64,000 bases of DNA from Octopus vulgaris (taxonomy: Eukaryota): positions 11,408,001 through 11,472,000 of the forward strand of contig OX597826.1 in assembly GCA_951406725.2 (NCBI GenBank). Direction: 5' to 3'. Below the pieces are notes generated by a model. That model saw only the letters and a list, made by a program, of their open reading frames with translations. It did not search any database and had not been told where the DNA came from. This document shows, one piece after another, positions 63,867 through 64,000 of the stretch. A program made the position numbers and the translations under genes. The first letter of the stretch is position 1. Each line of letters begins with the position of its first letter.

Positions 63867-63963
63867 CGGGAAGCTTTATGAAAATAGACAAAAGGCGAAG
63901 GCAGGTGGAATACAAACAAACAATTGTATTAGTATGGCGCTCAGGAATATAAATAAAACAAGT

Positions 63964-63999
63964 CTTTTACGTTTCGAGCCTACGCTCTTCAACAGAAAG
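63964..63999 (-). ncRNA. Minimal hammerhead motif (A6U variant) in TA-flanked element 63866 to window end
   Basis: Minus strand CTTT-CTGTTGA-A-GAGC gtag GCTC-GAAAC-GTA-AAAG. Confidence 0.65.
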
Positions 64000-64000
64000 A

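Overview
AT-rich eukaryotic (animal) genomic DNA with no recognisable host protein-coding exon. The density of (TA)n/(CA)n/(GATA)n/(GAT)n microsatellites and tRNA-derived SINEs suggests an octopus-like cephalopod intron or gene desert (inference). Almost every long ORF in the track is a simple-repeat artefact. The real content is nested mobile DNA: several tRNA-SINE families (labelled A-D here), decayed RTE, CR1-group and Penelope-like (PLE) retroelements, mariner, DD41D, hAT and piggyBac-type DNA elements, a complete non-autonomous Helitron and a DINE/HINE-like element. Highlights: (1) short non-coding elements in (TA)n tracts carrying minimal type I hammerhead ribozyme motifs, one subfamily with a fixed A6U core change, alongside fossil PLE RT and GIY-YIG partners; (2) a 2.08 kb TSD-bounded ORF1-only (half-L1/Tx1-like) retroelement in a SINE tRNA head; (3) a 2.85 kb 18-bp minisatellite forming the 3' tail of a CR1 LINE; (4) SINE-A copies whose TSDs start with GGTAT, which form head-less multimers and a 17x17-bp reiterated 5' end. 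Coordinates were read by eye, and edges of decayed elements are approximate.
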